Assembly (NCBI GenBank): GCA_963737155.1
Contig: CAVTRN010000002.1
Span: forward strand, 256,001-320,000
Origin: Nitrospirota bacterium
GTDB lineage: Bacteria > Nitrospirota > UBA9217
Reading direction: 5' to 3'
Length of the DNA: 64,000 bases
The translations under genes and the position numbers were made by a program. Numbering within the stretch: position 1 is the first letter of the stretch; each line of letters starts with the position of its first letter. Positions 19,113 through 29,400 of the stretch are shown here, piece after piece. Under the pieces are notes generated by a model, which was given only the letters and a program-made list of their open reading frames with translations, ran no database searches and was not told the origin of the DNA.

Positions 19113-19760
19113 ATGAGTAAACTTCGTGTGTCTTGTTTTGGCATTTCTATTGATGGATTCGGTGCAGGTCCCGACCAGGATTTGAAAAATCCCCTTGGTG
19201 TTGGAGGCCTGAATCTTCACAAATGGCATATTGCCACACGAACCTTTCAAAACCTACTTGGCGACGGTTCTGTGGAAGGAACGACAGGGGTCGATGACGA
19301 TTTTGAAGCTCTCGGGTTTCAAAATATCGGTGCATGGATCATAGGTCGCAATATGTTTGGACCGATTCGAGGTGTTTGGCCGAACCACGACTGGAAGGGC
19401 TGGTGGGGGAGTAATCCGCCATACCACGTCCCTGTTTTCGTATTGACTCACCATTATCGTTCCTCGATCGAGATGAAGGGCGGTACTACATTTCATTTTA
19501 TAACAGACGGTATTGAATCAGCCCTCAAGCAGGCAAGAGAAGCCGCGAGGGGAAAAGACGTCAGGCTTGGTGGGGGTATCGCCACAATTCGAGAATATCT
19601 GAAGGCGGGCCTTGTTGATGAAATGCACCTTGCGATTACTCCGACCCTTTTGGGAACTGGAGAGCATCTACTGAAAGACATTGACCTAACCAGGTTAGGT
19701 TATCAATGTGTGGAACATGTTCCATCTCTAAACGCCACTCACGTTGTCATAAGAAAGTGA
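19113..19760 (+). CDS. Dihydrofolate reductase-like RibD C-terminal domain protein
   Basis: ISIDGFGAGP, IIGRNMFGP, PVFVLTH, DVRLGGG and LVDEMHLAITP.LLG.G motifs. Confidence 0.92.
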   Translation: MSKLRVSCFGISIDGFGAGPDQDLKNPLGVGGLNLHKWHIATRTFQNLLGDGSVEGTTGVDDDFEALGFQNIGAWIIGRNMFGPIRGVWPNHDWKGWWGSNPPYHVPVFVLTHHYRSSIEMKGGTTFHFITDGIESALKQAREAARGKDVRLGGGIATIREYLKAGLVDEMHLAITPTLLGTGEHLLKDIDLTRLGYQCVEHVPSLNATHVVIRK

Positions 19761-20304
19761 CCGTTTAACTACCAGTTCAACTTAATATCCGGGGATGCCG
19801 CGGATATTGCTGTCACTTTTTTCGGTAAAACCCGCGCCAACCCTTCACAAGTTAACTGAATGTTCATGTACGAGTTACAACCCGAATAGTGCACCGCTGT
19901 TGCAGTACACTTTTTTTCCAGTAGAATATGTCATACTTTACACCACACGTCGTATAAAAAAAATTCGTCAGCTTATTGATCGGGACTCCTCTTGTCATCA
20001 AAAAAGCGCTTAACAGGAAGTACATGAAGCTCAGGATTAAACTCTCACCTACCTCCTCGTTCAGTGGATGATACAACGGGGGGGCACCCTTGTCATATTT
20101 CTGGCATCCCACATGCGCAACTTGGATAGCGAGACTTGTCAAAAAGGCGTAGTATTCCGTTTGAAGCTTTTAGCAACTCTCCGTTCGCTGGCGATTTATA
20201 CAACAAATACAGACTTATTATCTTTTATCAACTATGCTATTAACAGCAATGCACCGTCATCTCCAGGATCATGAAAAGTTTCATAAAAAAATGGACAGCT
20301 AAAG

Positions 20305-23300
20305 ATGCCCCCTCATAATACCGATAAGAAGAATATCATGACTGACCGAACGCGTGCTGATGAATCTCTCCAGGAAGATCGAAAGTTTGCCGAAACTTTG
20401 ATAGAGCATTCCGCAGTTGCTACCTTTGTCCTGGATACGGACCACAGGGTGTTAATCTGGAACAAGGCATGCACTGAGCTCACTGGCTTTCCAGCCTCTC
20501 AAATGATTGGAACGCACAACCAGTGGAAAGCATTTTATGACCACAAACGGCCATGCCTCTCTGACATTGTGCTTGATGGTGAATCTAGCGACTTGCCGAA
20601 CCTATATCCGATTTATGGAAAGTCCGCTCTGTCACCGGGCGCACTGTATGCGGAAGGCTGGTATCAGAATCTAAACGGCAAGGACAGATTCCTTCTCTTC
20701 GATGCTGCCCCTGTATACGATAGCAAGGGTAAGTTAATCGCAGCCATCGAAACGTTGCAAGACATCACAGAGCATAAGCAGGCAGAAGCCCTCAGGGAAT
20801 CAGAAGACAAATTTAGAAATCTGGCAGAGAGGTCTCTGGTCGGGATTTATCTCATACAGGACAGCTTGTTCAGGTATGTCAATCCACGCTTGGCGGAGAT
20901 ATTTGGTTATAAGGTAGAAGAATTATTGCATAAGATAGGGCCAAAAGACCTGGTATTGGAGGAAGATTGGCCGATAGTGGAACAAAACTTTCTGAAACGG
21001 CTATCGGGAGAAGTGGCGGCGAGTCATTATGAATTTAGAGGGATCACGAAAAAAGGCGAGATCGTTTTCGTTGAGGTGTACGGCACGAGATTCCTCAATC
21101 AGGCGCGTCCGGCTGTTATTGGCACGTTATTAGATATTACTGAGAAAAAGGCAGCGCTAGAGGAGTTGCGTCAGAAAGAAATCCACTTGCAAGGCGTACT
21201 GGATTCCACAGCTGACGGTATTCTTGCGGTTGATCATAACGGAAAGGTCATTAAGGCCAACCAGAAATTTGCCGATCTTTGGAGAATTCCTCGATCTATT
21301 ATTGATACGGGCGATGCGCATGCCATGGTGAATTCAGTCGTCGATCAGTTGATCGACCCTGCCGCCTTTATTGATAAAGTCAAGCAACTTTATAGCACGG
21401 CGGATATTGCCAAAGATGTACTTTTTTTCAAGAACGGCCGCGTTTTTGAACGCTATTCAGCACCTCTGGTCGAGAAAGATTCTGTTATCGGAAGGGTATG
21501 GTCCTTCAGCGATGTCACCGAGCGTAGGCACGCGGAGGATGCCCTGCGCCTCAGTGAGGAACGCTTCCGGTTGGCCATGCGAGGCGCGAATGATGGGTTG
21601 TGGGATTGGAATCTAAGAACAAATGAAACTTACTTCTCGCCCCGTTGGAAATCAATGCTAGGATATGCCGATGACGAGTTGGAGAGCCACCTCGACACTT
21701 GGAAGCACCTGTGCCATCCGGACGATCTGGAACCCACCTTTGCCTTTGTGAGCGACGTTCTGGAGGAACGCACAGACAAGTACGAGATTCAATTTCGCAT
21801 GCGTCACAAGGATGGGCATTATCGTGATATCCTGTCACGTGCCTTTCTGCTGCGTGACGAGCAAGGCCGCCCGTTGCGATTGGTGGGCACACACGTGGAC
21901 ATCACCGAGCGTAAGGAGGCAGAGGAGAGGCTTCGTAGGAGCGAAAAGGCCTATCGTCGCATCGTAGAGACGGCGACAGAGGGCATCTGGTCTTTGGATG
22001 GCCAGTACCACACCACCTTCGTCAATGCGGCCATGGCCCAAATGCTGGGATACACGCCCGAAGAAATGATTGGAGCACCCATTGACCAGTTTCTGTTCGA
22101 TGAAGATAAAGAGGACCACCGCTTGCATAGGAACGCCCGCTATCAAGGCATTCGCGAGCATTATGAACAGCGCTATCACCGCAAGGACAACAGCGCATGT
22201 TGGTGCCTGCTCTCTTCCGCGCCGTTGCAGGAAGATGAAGGCCAGTTTTCCGGGTCCTTCGTCATGTGCACGGACATTACAAGTCGTAAAGAGACGGAAG
22301 AGGCATTGCGTAAAAGTGAAGATCAGTTCCGCCAGGCTCAGAAGATGGAAGCAGTTGGCCAGCTCGCTGCAGGGGCGGCGCATGACTTTAATAATATCCT
22401 TACTGCGATGATCGGGTACTCGCACCTCGCGCAGATGAAGTTGCAGGAAAATGATCCGGTCAGACACGATATTGATCAGATTCTAGAGGCGTCCAAGAGG
22501 GCTACCGTACTAACGCAGAGCCTCCTTGCATTCAGCAGGAAACAACCAGTCGACTTGGCAGTGATTGATCTGAATCAGGTTATAAAGGGATTCGAGAAAT
22601 TTCTCCTAAGGCTGATCAGGGAAGATATTGACCTCAGGACTATCCCTTCAGTAGATGCTCTGACCGTAATGGCTGACAGGAGCCAACTAGAGCAAGTGAT
22701 TATGAACCTTGTAGCCAATGCCCGTGACGCCATGCCCAATGGGGGGCAGCTGATTATAAAAACGGAATTCAGCATCATGAACGACGAGTTTATCAAGGCT
22801 CATGGATTCGGTAAGGCGGGACAATACGCTCTCATGTCGGTGTCTGACACGGGAACAGGAATGGATGAACACACTAGATCAAGGATATTTGAACCATTCT
22901 TTACGACGAAAGAGGAGGGGAAAGGCACAGGACTTGGTCTTGCTATGGTATTCGGTATCGTCAAGAAACATGACGGGTTCATCCTTGTCTATAGTGAACC
23001 GGGGAAAGGAACCAGTTTCAAAATATATCTTCCTATTGTTCGAACTGCAGCAAAGACAGACAATAACAGTATAGCTGAACCGACAAGGCCGCGGGGTGGA
23101 ACGGAGAGCATTCTGGTGGCAGACAACGATGCTTCTCTAAGAAGCCTGTACAAAGATGTCCTGAATCAGTTTGGTTATAGCGTGATAGAAGCTGTCGACG
23201 GTGCTGACGCCGTTTTAAAGTTTACGCAGAACGTGGATAAGATTCAGCTCGTTATCTTGGACGGGATCATGCCCTCACTGAATGGGAAAGAAGTACTCGA

Positions 23301-23466
23301 AAAAATGAAAGCAGTGAGCCGGAATATCAAGTGCTTGTTCGTGACTGGATATGCCGAATATGTCTTTGAGAAAAATGACTCTCAGAACAATGAAGTGGAA
23401 TTTATGCTCAAGCCGGTCACCCTGGAAAATCTTCTGAAAAAGATTAGAGACTTGCTCGATAAATAG
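20305..23466 (+). CDS. Cytoplasmic hybrid histidine kinase: 5 PAS + HisKA + HATPase + REC
   Basis: Five PAS/PAC units ending DIT/DVT, AHDFNN H-box, NARDAM, DTGTGM, FEPFFTTK, GTGLGL and a C-terminal receiver. No TM segments. Confidence 0.95.
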   Translation: MPPHNTDKKNIMTDRTRADESLQEDRKFAETLIEHSAVATFVLDTDHRVLIWNKACTELTGFPASQMIGTHNQWKAFYDHKRPCLSDIVLDGESSDLPNLYPIYGKSALSPGALYAEGWYQNLNGKDRFLLFDAAPVYDSKGKLIAAIETLQDITEHKQAEALRESEDKFRNLAERSLVGIYLIQDSLFRYVNPRLAEIFGYKVEELLHKIGPKDLVLEEDWPIVEQNFLKRLSGEVAASHYEFRGITKKGEIVFVEVYGTRFLNQARPAVIGTLLDITEKKAALEELRQKEIHLQGVLDSTADGILAVDHNGKVIKANQKFADLWRIPRSIIDTGDAHAMVNSVVDQLIDPAAFIDKVKQLYSTADIAKDVLFFKNGRVFERYSAPLVEKDSVIGRVWSFSDVTERRHAEDALRLSEERFRLAMRGANDGLWDWNLRTNETYFSPRWKSMLGYADDELESHLDTWKHLCHPDDLEPTFAFVSDVLEERTDKYEIQFRMRHKDGHYRDILSRAFLLRDEQGRPLRLVGTHVDITERKEAEERLRRSEKAYRRIVETATEGIWSLDGQYHTTFVNAAMAQMLGYTPEEMIGAPIDQFLFDEDKEDHRLHRNARYQGIREHYEQRYHRKDNSACWCLLSSAPLQEDEGQFSGSFVMCTDITSRKETEEALRKSEDQFRQAQKMEAVGQLAAGAAHDFNNILTAMIGYSHLAQMKLQENDPVRHDIDQILEASKRATVLTQSLLAFSRKQPVDLAVIDLNQVIKGFEKFLLRLIREDIDLRTIPSVDALTVMADRSQLEQVIMNLVANARDAMPNGGQLIIKTEFSIMNDEFIKAHGFGKAGQYALMSVSDTGTGMDEHTRSRIFEPFFTTKEEGKGTGLGLAMVFGIVKKHDGFILVYSEPGKGTSFKIYLPIVRTAAKTDNNSIAEPTRPRGGTESILVADNDASLRSLYKDVLNQFGYSVIEAVDGADAVLKFTQNVDKIQLVILDGIMPSLNGKEVLEKMKAVSRNIKCLFVTGYAEYVFEKNDSQNNEVEFMLKPVTLENLLKKIRDLLDK

Positions 23467-24039
23467 ATGGTCAGACGTGACCTCAAAGCGGCAGCGTAAC
23501 GAGTTGAAAATAGGAGCGGGATATGGGCTCGATTCATCCCTGTCGTTCTTGGAAGAAGACAGACAAAATGGGGTCAGATTTCGATATCGACATTATTGCC
23601 TGTATGTTTACATAATCATAATACAATGTGTATTAGACCGCCAGTTGGTTGTAGATGCTCCTTATCTGTGATGAATCTAATATATATTCATGTCGCAACC
23701 AATAGTCTTTACCCTTGTAAATAAAATTGGCATTCCATGCTTGTAGGTTATCTCACGCAACCTTTCCACTCATTATCATGTTTATCTACTGGTTGAATTG
23801 TGCACTCCCAGCCTATCTTCTCTATCCGAGAATATCTTTTGCGTTGAAGAATTCCCGGGCTCCCTGCCCTTTATGATTCACCGTAGTAAAGATTTTCATA
23901 CTACCAGACCCACCGATATAATGTTTTGGGCCTAAGATAAAATACCCAGAAATATAGGATGTTTTTACAATTACATTCCTGGCAGGCCCTTGGTATAGTG
24001 TAATCAAGAGAAGAGAAAAACGAAAAGGAGGTAAATAAA

Positions 24040-24285
24040 ATGCTTACATACGAGAGAGGTAACAGGATGGAAACAGGTGTCAAGCTGTTGGCAGCCCCGA
24101 TTATAGGGTTGCTCTATGTGGTCTCTCTACCGTTTATCGGCATAGTGACCTTGGCCGCTGTCGCAGGCCGTAAGGTTTTGGACGTCGTGGCCAGCGTGGC
24201 CGGCAAGACTATTTCGTTTGGATGGAGACCCGTGGAGGCGTATTTAGCAGGTAAGAAGAAAGGGCAGGGAAAGGGCGCCAAGTAG
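24040..24285 (+). CDS. Small membrane protein, paralog of the C-half of the next gene
   Basis: AAGGAGGT RBS; shares PxIGLxYxVxLP and VASVAGKxxxFxWRPVEAYLAG with 24384-24803. Confidence 0.75.
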   Translation: MLTYERGNRMETGVKLLAAPIIGLLYVVSLPFIGIVTLAAVAGRKVLDVVASVAGKTISFGWRPVEAYLAGKKKGQGKGAK

Positions 24286-24383
24286 CAGCTCGGCGCAGGT
24301 AACCGGTTACAGCGTTCGCACAGTGCATGAAACAACGAAAAGGGTGCGGATGGTAACGAACATCTATAGAGAGGAGGAAATCC

Positions 24384-24803
24384 ATGTATACGATGGTTGA
24401 TTTTGTCACTCATGTGAAGGGGATCGAGTATATCCTGTCTCTTCTAGCTATTGCAGTGTTCCTGGTGTTCTGGGAGAGCCTGAAGCCGAGACCGTTCAGG
24501 ACCGTGCTCAACACTGGACGTGACGATCTGATGTATATCAGGGAGTCCGGTGGGGTAGGTCACCTAATGAAGAGCGTCGGCAGGATAGCAGCCGTACCGT
24601 TCATCGGTCTGGCTTATATCGTGATGTTGCCGATCGGGTTCTTCGTTGCCCTGGCCGCCGCAGTGGTCAATCTAGCCATCAAGGGCGTAGCGAGCGTCGC
24701 AGGGAAGAGTGTGACCTTTGAATGGAGGCCCGTGGAGGCTTATTTGGCAGGCAGGAAGAATAAAAAGGAAAAGGGTGGGGCCAAGAATGGCGACGTGAAA
24801 TAG
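24384..24803 (+). CDS. Membrane protein with HmcD-like N-terminus
   Basis: GAGGAGG RBS; YTMVDFVTHVKGIEYIL...FWE.L recalls small Hmc-complex subunits (recalled similarity, not verified). Confidence 0.65.
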   Translation: MYTMVDFVTHVKGIEYILSLLAIAVFLVFWESLKPRPFRTVLNTGRDDLMYIRESGGVGHLMKSVGRIAAVPFIGLAYIVMLPIGFFVALAAAVVNLAIKGVASVAGKSVTFEWRPVEAYLAGRKNKKEKGGAKNGDVK

Positions 24804-25406
24804 GTCCCCCTGCCATTAGACGGGAACTGGTTCCATCATAATATATAGAATTGTATTTATTGCCCTGTATATAGTGAGTTACAAAAAGCCTCACTTGCAA
24901 TTAAAAGTGAGGCTAAATATTGAGAAATATTATGAGTCAGTTACCCCGCTCTTTTTCTTGACTTTCACTTAGTACGCTAATTCAATGGGTTGCAGGCTTA
25001 CTGCAGCCCTTTTTTGTTGATTTTGGGGTCGTCTTCTAACAATCTTCTAACACTTTCCAATGGGTGTCCTGAGGCTGCTCCGCAAATCCGATGATCATAT
25101 CAAATCGTTCTGGTTATTCAGGATGCACCTCCTTCAATAAATACCAATAGACATTGAGCGTAGTTGAGATATTCGAGTGTCCGACCTGTCTTACAACACC
25201 CAGAAAAAAATGTATCCAGGGTCACATACTACTTTAGGATTCCCGTATATCATTTAATTCAACGCCACGTTTCGATTTGAAATATATTCTGCCGATGAGG
25301 CAACCCTGAGGGAGCGTTTAGATTAGTAAAAAGGAATAACAACGGGTTCCTCCTAACATAGCTCCGGGGCCATTCACACCGGAGTCTGGACAGACGAGTG
25401 AGCTGA

Positions 25407-26273
25407 GTGACCACATTGATCGACAAGCCATCGGGAAACCATGGCACGATGCATCGCCAGAAGGGTGGATCCAACGAGTGTCCGCCCGCCGTGGGAAACA
25501 CCGTACCTTCTCAGATATTGATCGTTGACGACGATACCGCTCTCCTCGAGCGATATGTGGAGAGTTTTTCCGACTCCTACCGAGTCGTCACAGTCCAGAC
25601 CGGCAGGGTCGCGATCGAGCGGGTGAAACGCCGCAGCGACATCGATCTCGTTGTCGTTGAATATCGGCTGTCCGACATGTCCGGCATCGACGTTATGAAA
25701 GAGATCAAGGACATTGAACCCTCCGTACTCGTTCTCATCGCCACGGCATACGGCGACGAGGAGGTGGCAGTCGAGGCATTTAGGAGCGGCGCCCGCGATT
25801 ACCTCAAGAAGCCATTCAGCATGTCCGAGCTTTCCACGAAGATCGACTTCTATCTCGCTCTCAGGCACGCGGATAAACGGCGCAGAAAGAACATCCTTCC
25901 CGGGTCCGATGAGTCGGCGCAGCCGGGAATGCCACATTCCGCCGTCACCCTCAGCCAGTACAATAAGATCCAGCAGGCCGTTCGTTTTATCAACGACAAT
26001 TACCGAACCGACATCCGCCTTGACATTGTCGCCTGGGAGGCCAGAATGTCACCGGCACACTTTTCGAGAACATTCAAAAAGGTGATGGGCTTGTCCTATC
26101 AGGACTATATCAACAGCCGCAGAATAACGAAGGCCAAGAACCTGCTCCGCACCAGCCCTTGGAATGTAACCGAAATCGCCGTCTCTCTTGGTTTTGCCGA
26201 TCCAACCGGCTTCGGCAGAATTTTCAAAAAGCTCACCGGCCATACGCCTTCCGCTTTCAGAAGCCTGCCCTAG
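25407..26273 (+). CDS. Response regulator with receiver + AraC-type HTH
   Basis: ILIVDDD...ATAYG...GARDYLKKPF, then AVRFINDNY...MSPAHFSRTFKK...EIAVSLGF.D...F.RIFKKLTG.TPS.FR. Exact start uncertain. Confidence 0.92.
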   Translation: MTTLIDKPSGNHGTMHRQKGGSNECPPAVGNTVPSQILIVDDDTALLERYVESFSDSYRVVTVQTGRVAIERVKRRSDIDLVVVEYRLSDMSGIDVMKEIKDIEPSVLVLIATAYGDEEVAVEAFRSGARDYLKKPFSMSELSTKIDFYLALRHADKRRRKNILPGSDESAQPGMPHSAVTLSQYNKIQQAVRFINDNYRTDIRLDIVAWEARMSPAHFSRTFKKVMGLSYQDYINSRRITKAKNLLRTSPWNVTEIAVSLGFADPTGFGRIFKKLTGHTPSAFRSLP

Positions 26274-26296
26274 AAGTGATTTTTTTCCCAAAAGAG

Positions 26297-26358
26297 CATA
26301 AAAAGCCGAGAGCATGTCATATATAGCCGAGACAGGAGCGGTTGACATTTGCTAAGGT
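26297..26358 (+). promoter_or_regulatory. Putative AraC-family tandem operator and promoter of the giant-protein operon
   Basis: CATAAAAAGCCGAGA (26297-26311) and CATATATAGCCGAGA (26318-26332) are 21 bp apart. The second overlaps a weak -35 (GAGACA). Extended -10 TGcTAAGGT at 26350-26358. Confidence 0.55.
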
Positions 26359-26430
26359 TATCCGCAACCGCAGCAATAGTCACATTCGTACCTCCGGATC
26401 ACAGCCCGTGAGAAAGGAACAAGGTGCCGT

Positions 26431-29400
26431 ATGTGCTCGAAGCGGAAGTCTTCAAAGTTGGGAAATTTCCTTAAGGCCCTTTTGTCATGGGGAATAAGGC
26501 CCGGTTTTACGTTTCTCCTCTTTTTCCTCCTCATAGACACGGCCCACTCCGCAGAGGCGGCGAAGATCAAGTGCTCCGTAGCGCCCGCTCCTACGGAGGC
26601 GGTGCAGAAGAACAACCCCGCAAACCAGACTACCGCAACCATCGGCGTGCCTTTCACCTATACCATCACGGCGCCGGTCCAGGGAACCCAGGACCAGGTG
26701 GGGTGCCTCAGAGTTACCAAGTGCGCGGACGACATAGCGGTATCGAATGTTATTGTCACCGACGACCTCACGAAGACGGGCGCGTCCCTTACGTACGTTA
26801 TGAACGCCGCCTACCTGGTGAATACCGCAAGCGGCGCGCGGACTCCGGTAAACGGAGGCGTGCCCCTTGTTTTAGGCGCAAGCAGCTCCTGGCTTTCAAA
26901 CCATCCCGGGATACTGTCCGATTCCACCAAGCACCTGGTATTTTCCTATGAAAATAATCCAGCCCTGGCGTCCATCCCGGCCGGAGACAACATCGAGATA
27001 GACCTTACGGTCGTCCTTGACAACGTCCCGTCGAACATAGCGCAGACGCAGTTTTCAAACACCGCCAACATGTGGTTCGACAAGACGACTAACGGGACCG
27101 TCCTGACGAACCAGGAGGCCCTGCCCGGCACAACGCCGCCCATGACGATCGTCGAGCCCAACCTCGTTGTCACGAAGACGAGTTCGGTTTCGAACGTCTC
27201 CACCGGATCAAAGGTGCTTTATACCGTGAATGTCCAGAACATCGGCGCGTCGGGCGCATGGAATACTACGGTCACCGACAATATCCCTGCCGGCATGTGC
27301 ACCTATGACGTAAGGCCCACGATAACCGCGGCGATTTATGCCGCCGACGGCGTCACCCCGGTCTCGGGGCCGCTCGCTGCCGGCACCGACTTTGCGGTCA
27401 CCTGGAACGGCGGGACCTCGTCATCCTGCCAGCTGACCCTTGCCCTTTTAACGCAAAAGGCCATGATCGGGCCCGACCAGCATTTCATCGTAACCTACCA
27501 GGCAATGCTCGATAACGGCATATCGTCCGGCACGTTCACCAATGTGGCCGGCGCCACGCTCTGGTATAGCGCGAGCAGCTCCTATAGCGGCCGTCGCGAG
27601 TACAGCCGGACGCTCACCAATGGAACGCCCGGGGTTCTCGATTTCCAAGACGCCTGCACCGTCACGGTGGCCTCTTCCAACTATTATCTCCTGAAATCGG
27701 TCGGAGATTTGACGACTGGCGTATATCCGGCAACGTCAGCCTTCCCCGGCGACACGCTCCAGTATACGCTCCAGATCCAGAACTTCACCGCAGCCACGAT
27801 GAACAATATCAAGATAACGGACGACCTCGGTGCCCTGAATGGAGCCAACTTCTTCACTGCAGGCTCGCTTTCCCTTGCCGGCACCAACCTCCCCGCGGGG
27901 ACCTATAGCATCTGTCCCACCTGCGGAACGAACGGGTCAGGTACCGTCACTATAAGCGGCCTTACGATCGCCCCCAATACGCAGTACCAGATCCAGTTCA
28001 ACGTTACGCTGGGAGGAAGCTTATCGAACGGCACCATTGTCAAAAACCAGGCAAGCCAGACCGGCACCGATTCGGCAACCCAAAAATGTTCCGGCGTGAG
28101 CACCAATCCGAATACGAACGGGCCATCACCCCTTGGACAGACAAGCGATGTCACCTCCGTCAACATCATAGTGCCGGCTGGCCTGACGAAGACGTCTCCG
28201 GTTCCCGGGACCGCAACGATCGGGCAGCAGTTCAGCTATACCATCACGGTGCCTGCCGCCCCGGCAAGCGCCACCCTTACCGATGTACACATCCTGGACA
28301 GCCTGCCCCCGAACGTGAGCTTCGTAAGTGCTTCAATAGTATCGGGAGGCACCTGGAACATCATCAGTACCGGCACCGCGACCAGCCTCGTCCTCCAGGA
28401 CTCGGGCAGCGGCATCGACATACCCGCAGGCGGCCAGGCCGTCATCAAGGTGACCGTGGCCCTTAATAACATGTCTGCAAACGTGAGCGGCGTGTCCTTC
28501 ACGAACAGCGCATCGTATACCTATACCAAGAAAAAAGGATGCGGCGCGACAACGACCACGACCGGCGGTTCGGGAACCAGCGCCCCTATGACGGTCGTCG
28601 AGCCGCACCTCACTATCACGAAATCGGTGAGCTATTTTTCGCCGTCCGGCACACCGGCCGGAAGCCCCGCCGCCGTGGGTGACGTACTTCTCTATACCAT
28701 CACCATGGCCAACAGTGGAAATTCAACCGCGTATAATGCCGACGTCATCGATACGCTACCGCCCGGCACAGCGCTTATCGCCGGTTCCGCCACGGCAAAT
28801 ATAAACGGATCTCCGGTGGCCGGATTCAATCCGACCCCGGCCGTTCTAGCCGACGGCGTCATGGACTGGGGCTATCAGAATGGAGATAGCAGCCTAGTCA
28901 TACCCGCAGGCGGGAAACTTGTGGTAACGTTCCAGGCGAAAGTCTCCTCGGTTACCGGAACGCCGATCGTCAACACCGCCTATACGGCATGGACATCGCT
29001 TGCGGGCAGTAATCCCGGCATGCGTACCGGCGCGGGCTGCCCGAACATCACACAGCCCAACAACTATTGTTCCGGCCCTGCCACGGCAACTGTGACATCG
29101 CAGGACCCAACGGCCCTTTCTAAAACCGTGGTCTCCGGCACCTGGAACGGCGGACCAGGAGCCGCCACCCTCCGCATAGGCGACACCGCCCTTTACAGCC
29201 TGGCACTGACCGTCCGTTCCGGAACGACCCAGAACGTGGTGGTGACAGACACGCTTCCCGCCGGACTCTTCTATGACGGCATGGTGTCCATCGCCCCCGC
29301 CTCGGGCGGAAATTTCACTTACGCCGTTTCTTCCCAACCGTCTCTGGGCGCTACCGGGCTTTTGACCTGGAACCTCGGGAACATTTCCAATCTATCGGTC

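Noticed and set aside
23975-24000. Sigma54 promoter TGGCAGGCCCTTGG upstream of 24040
   Set aside because: Spacing is 9 rather than 10 nt and the -12 GC is absent.
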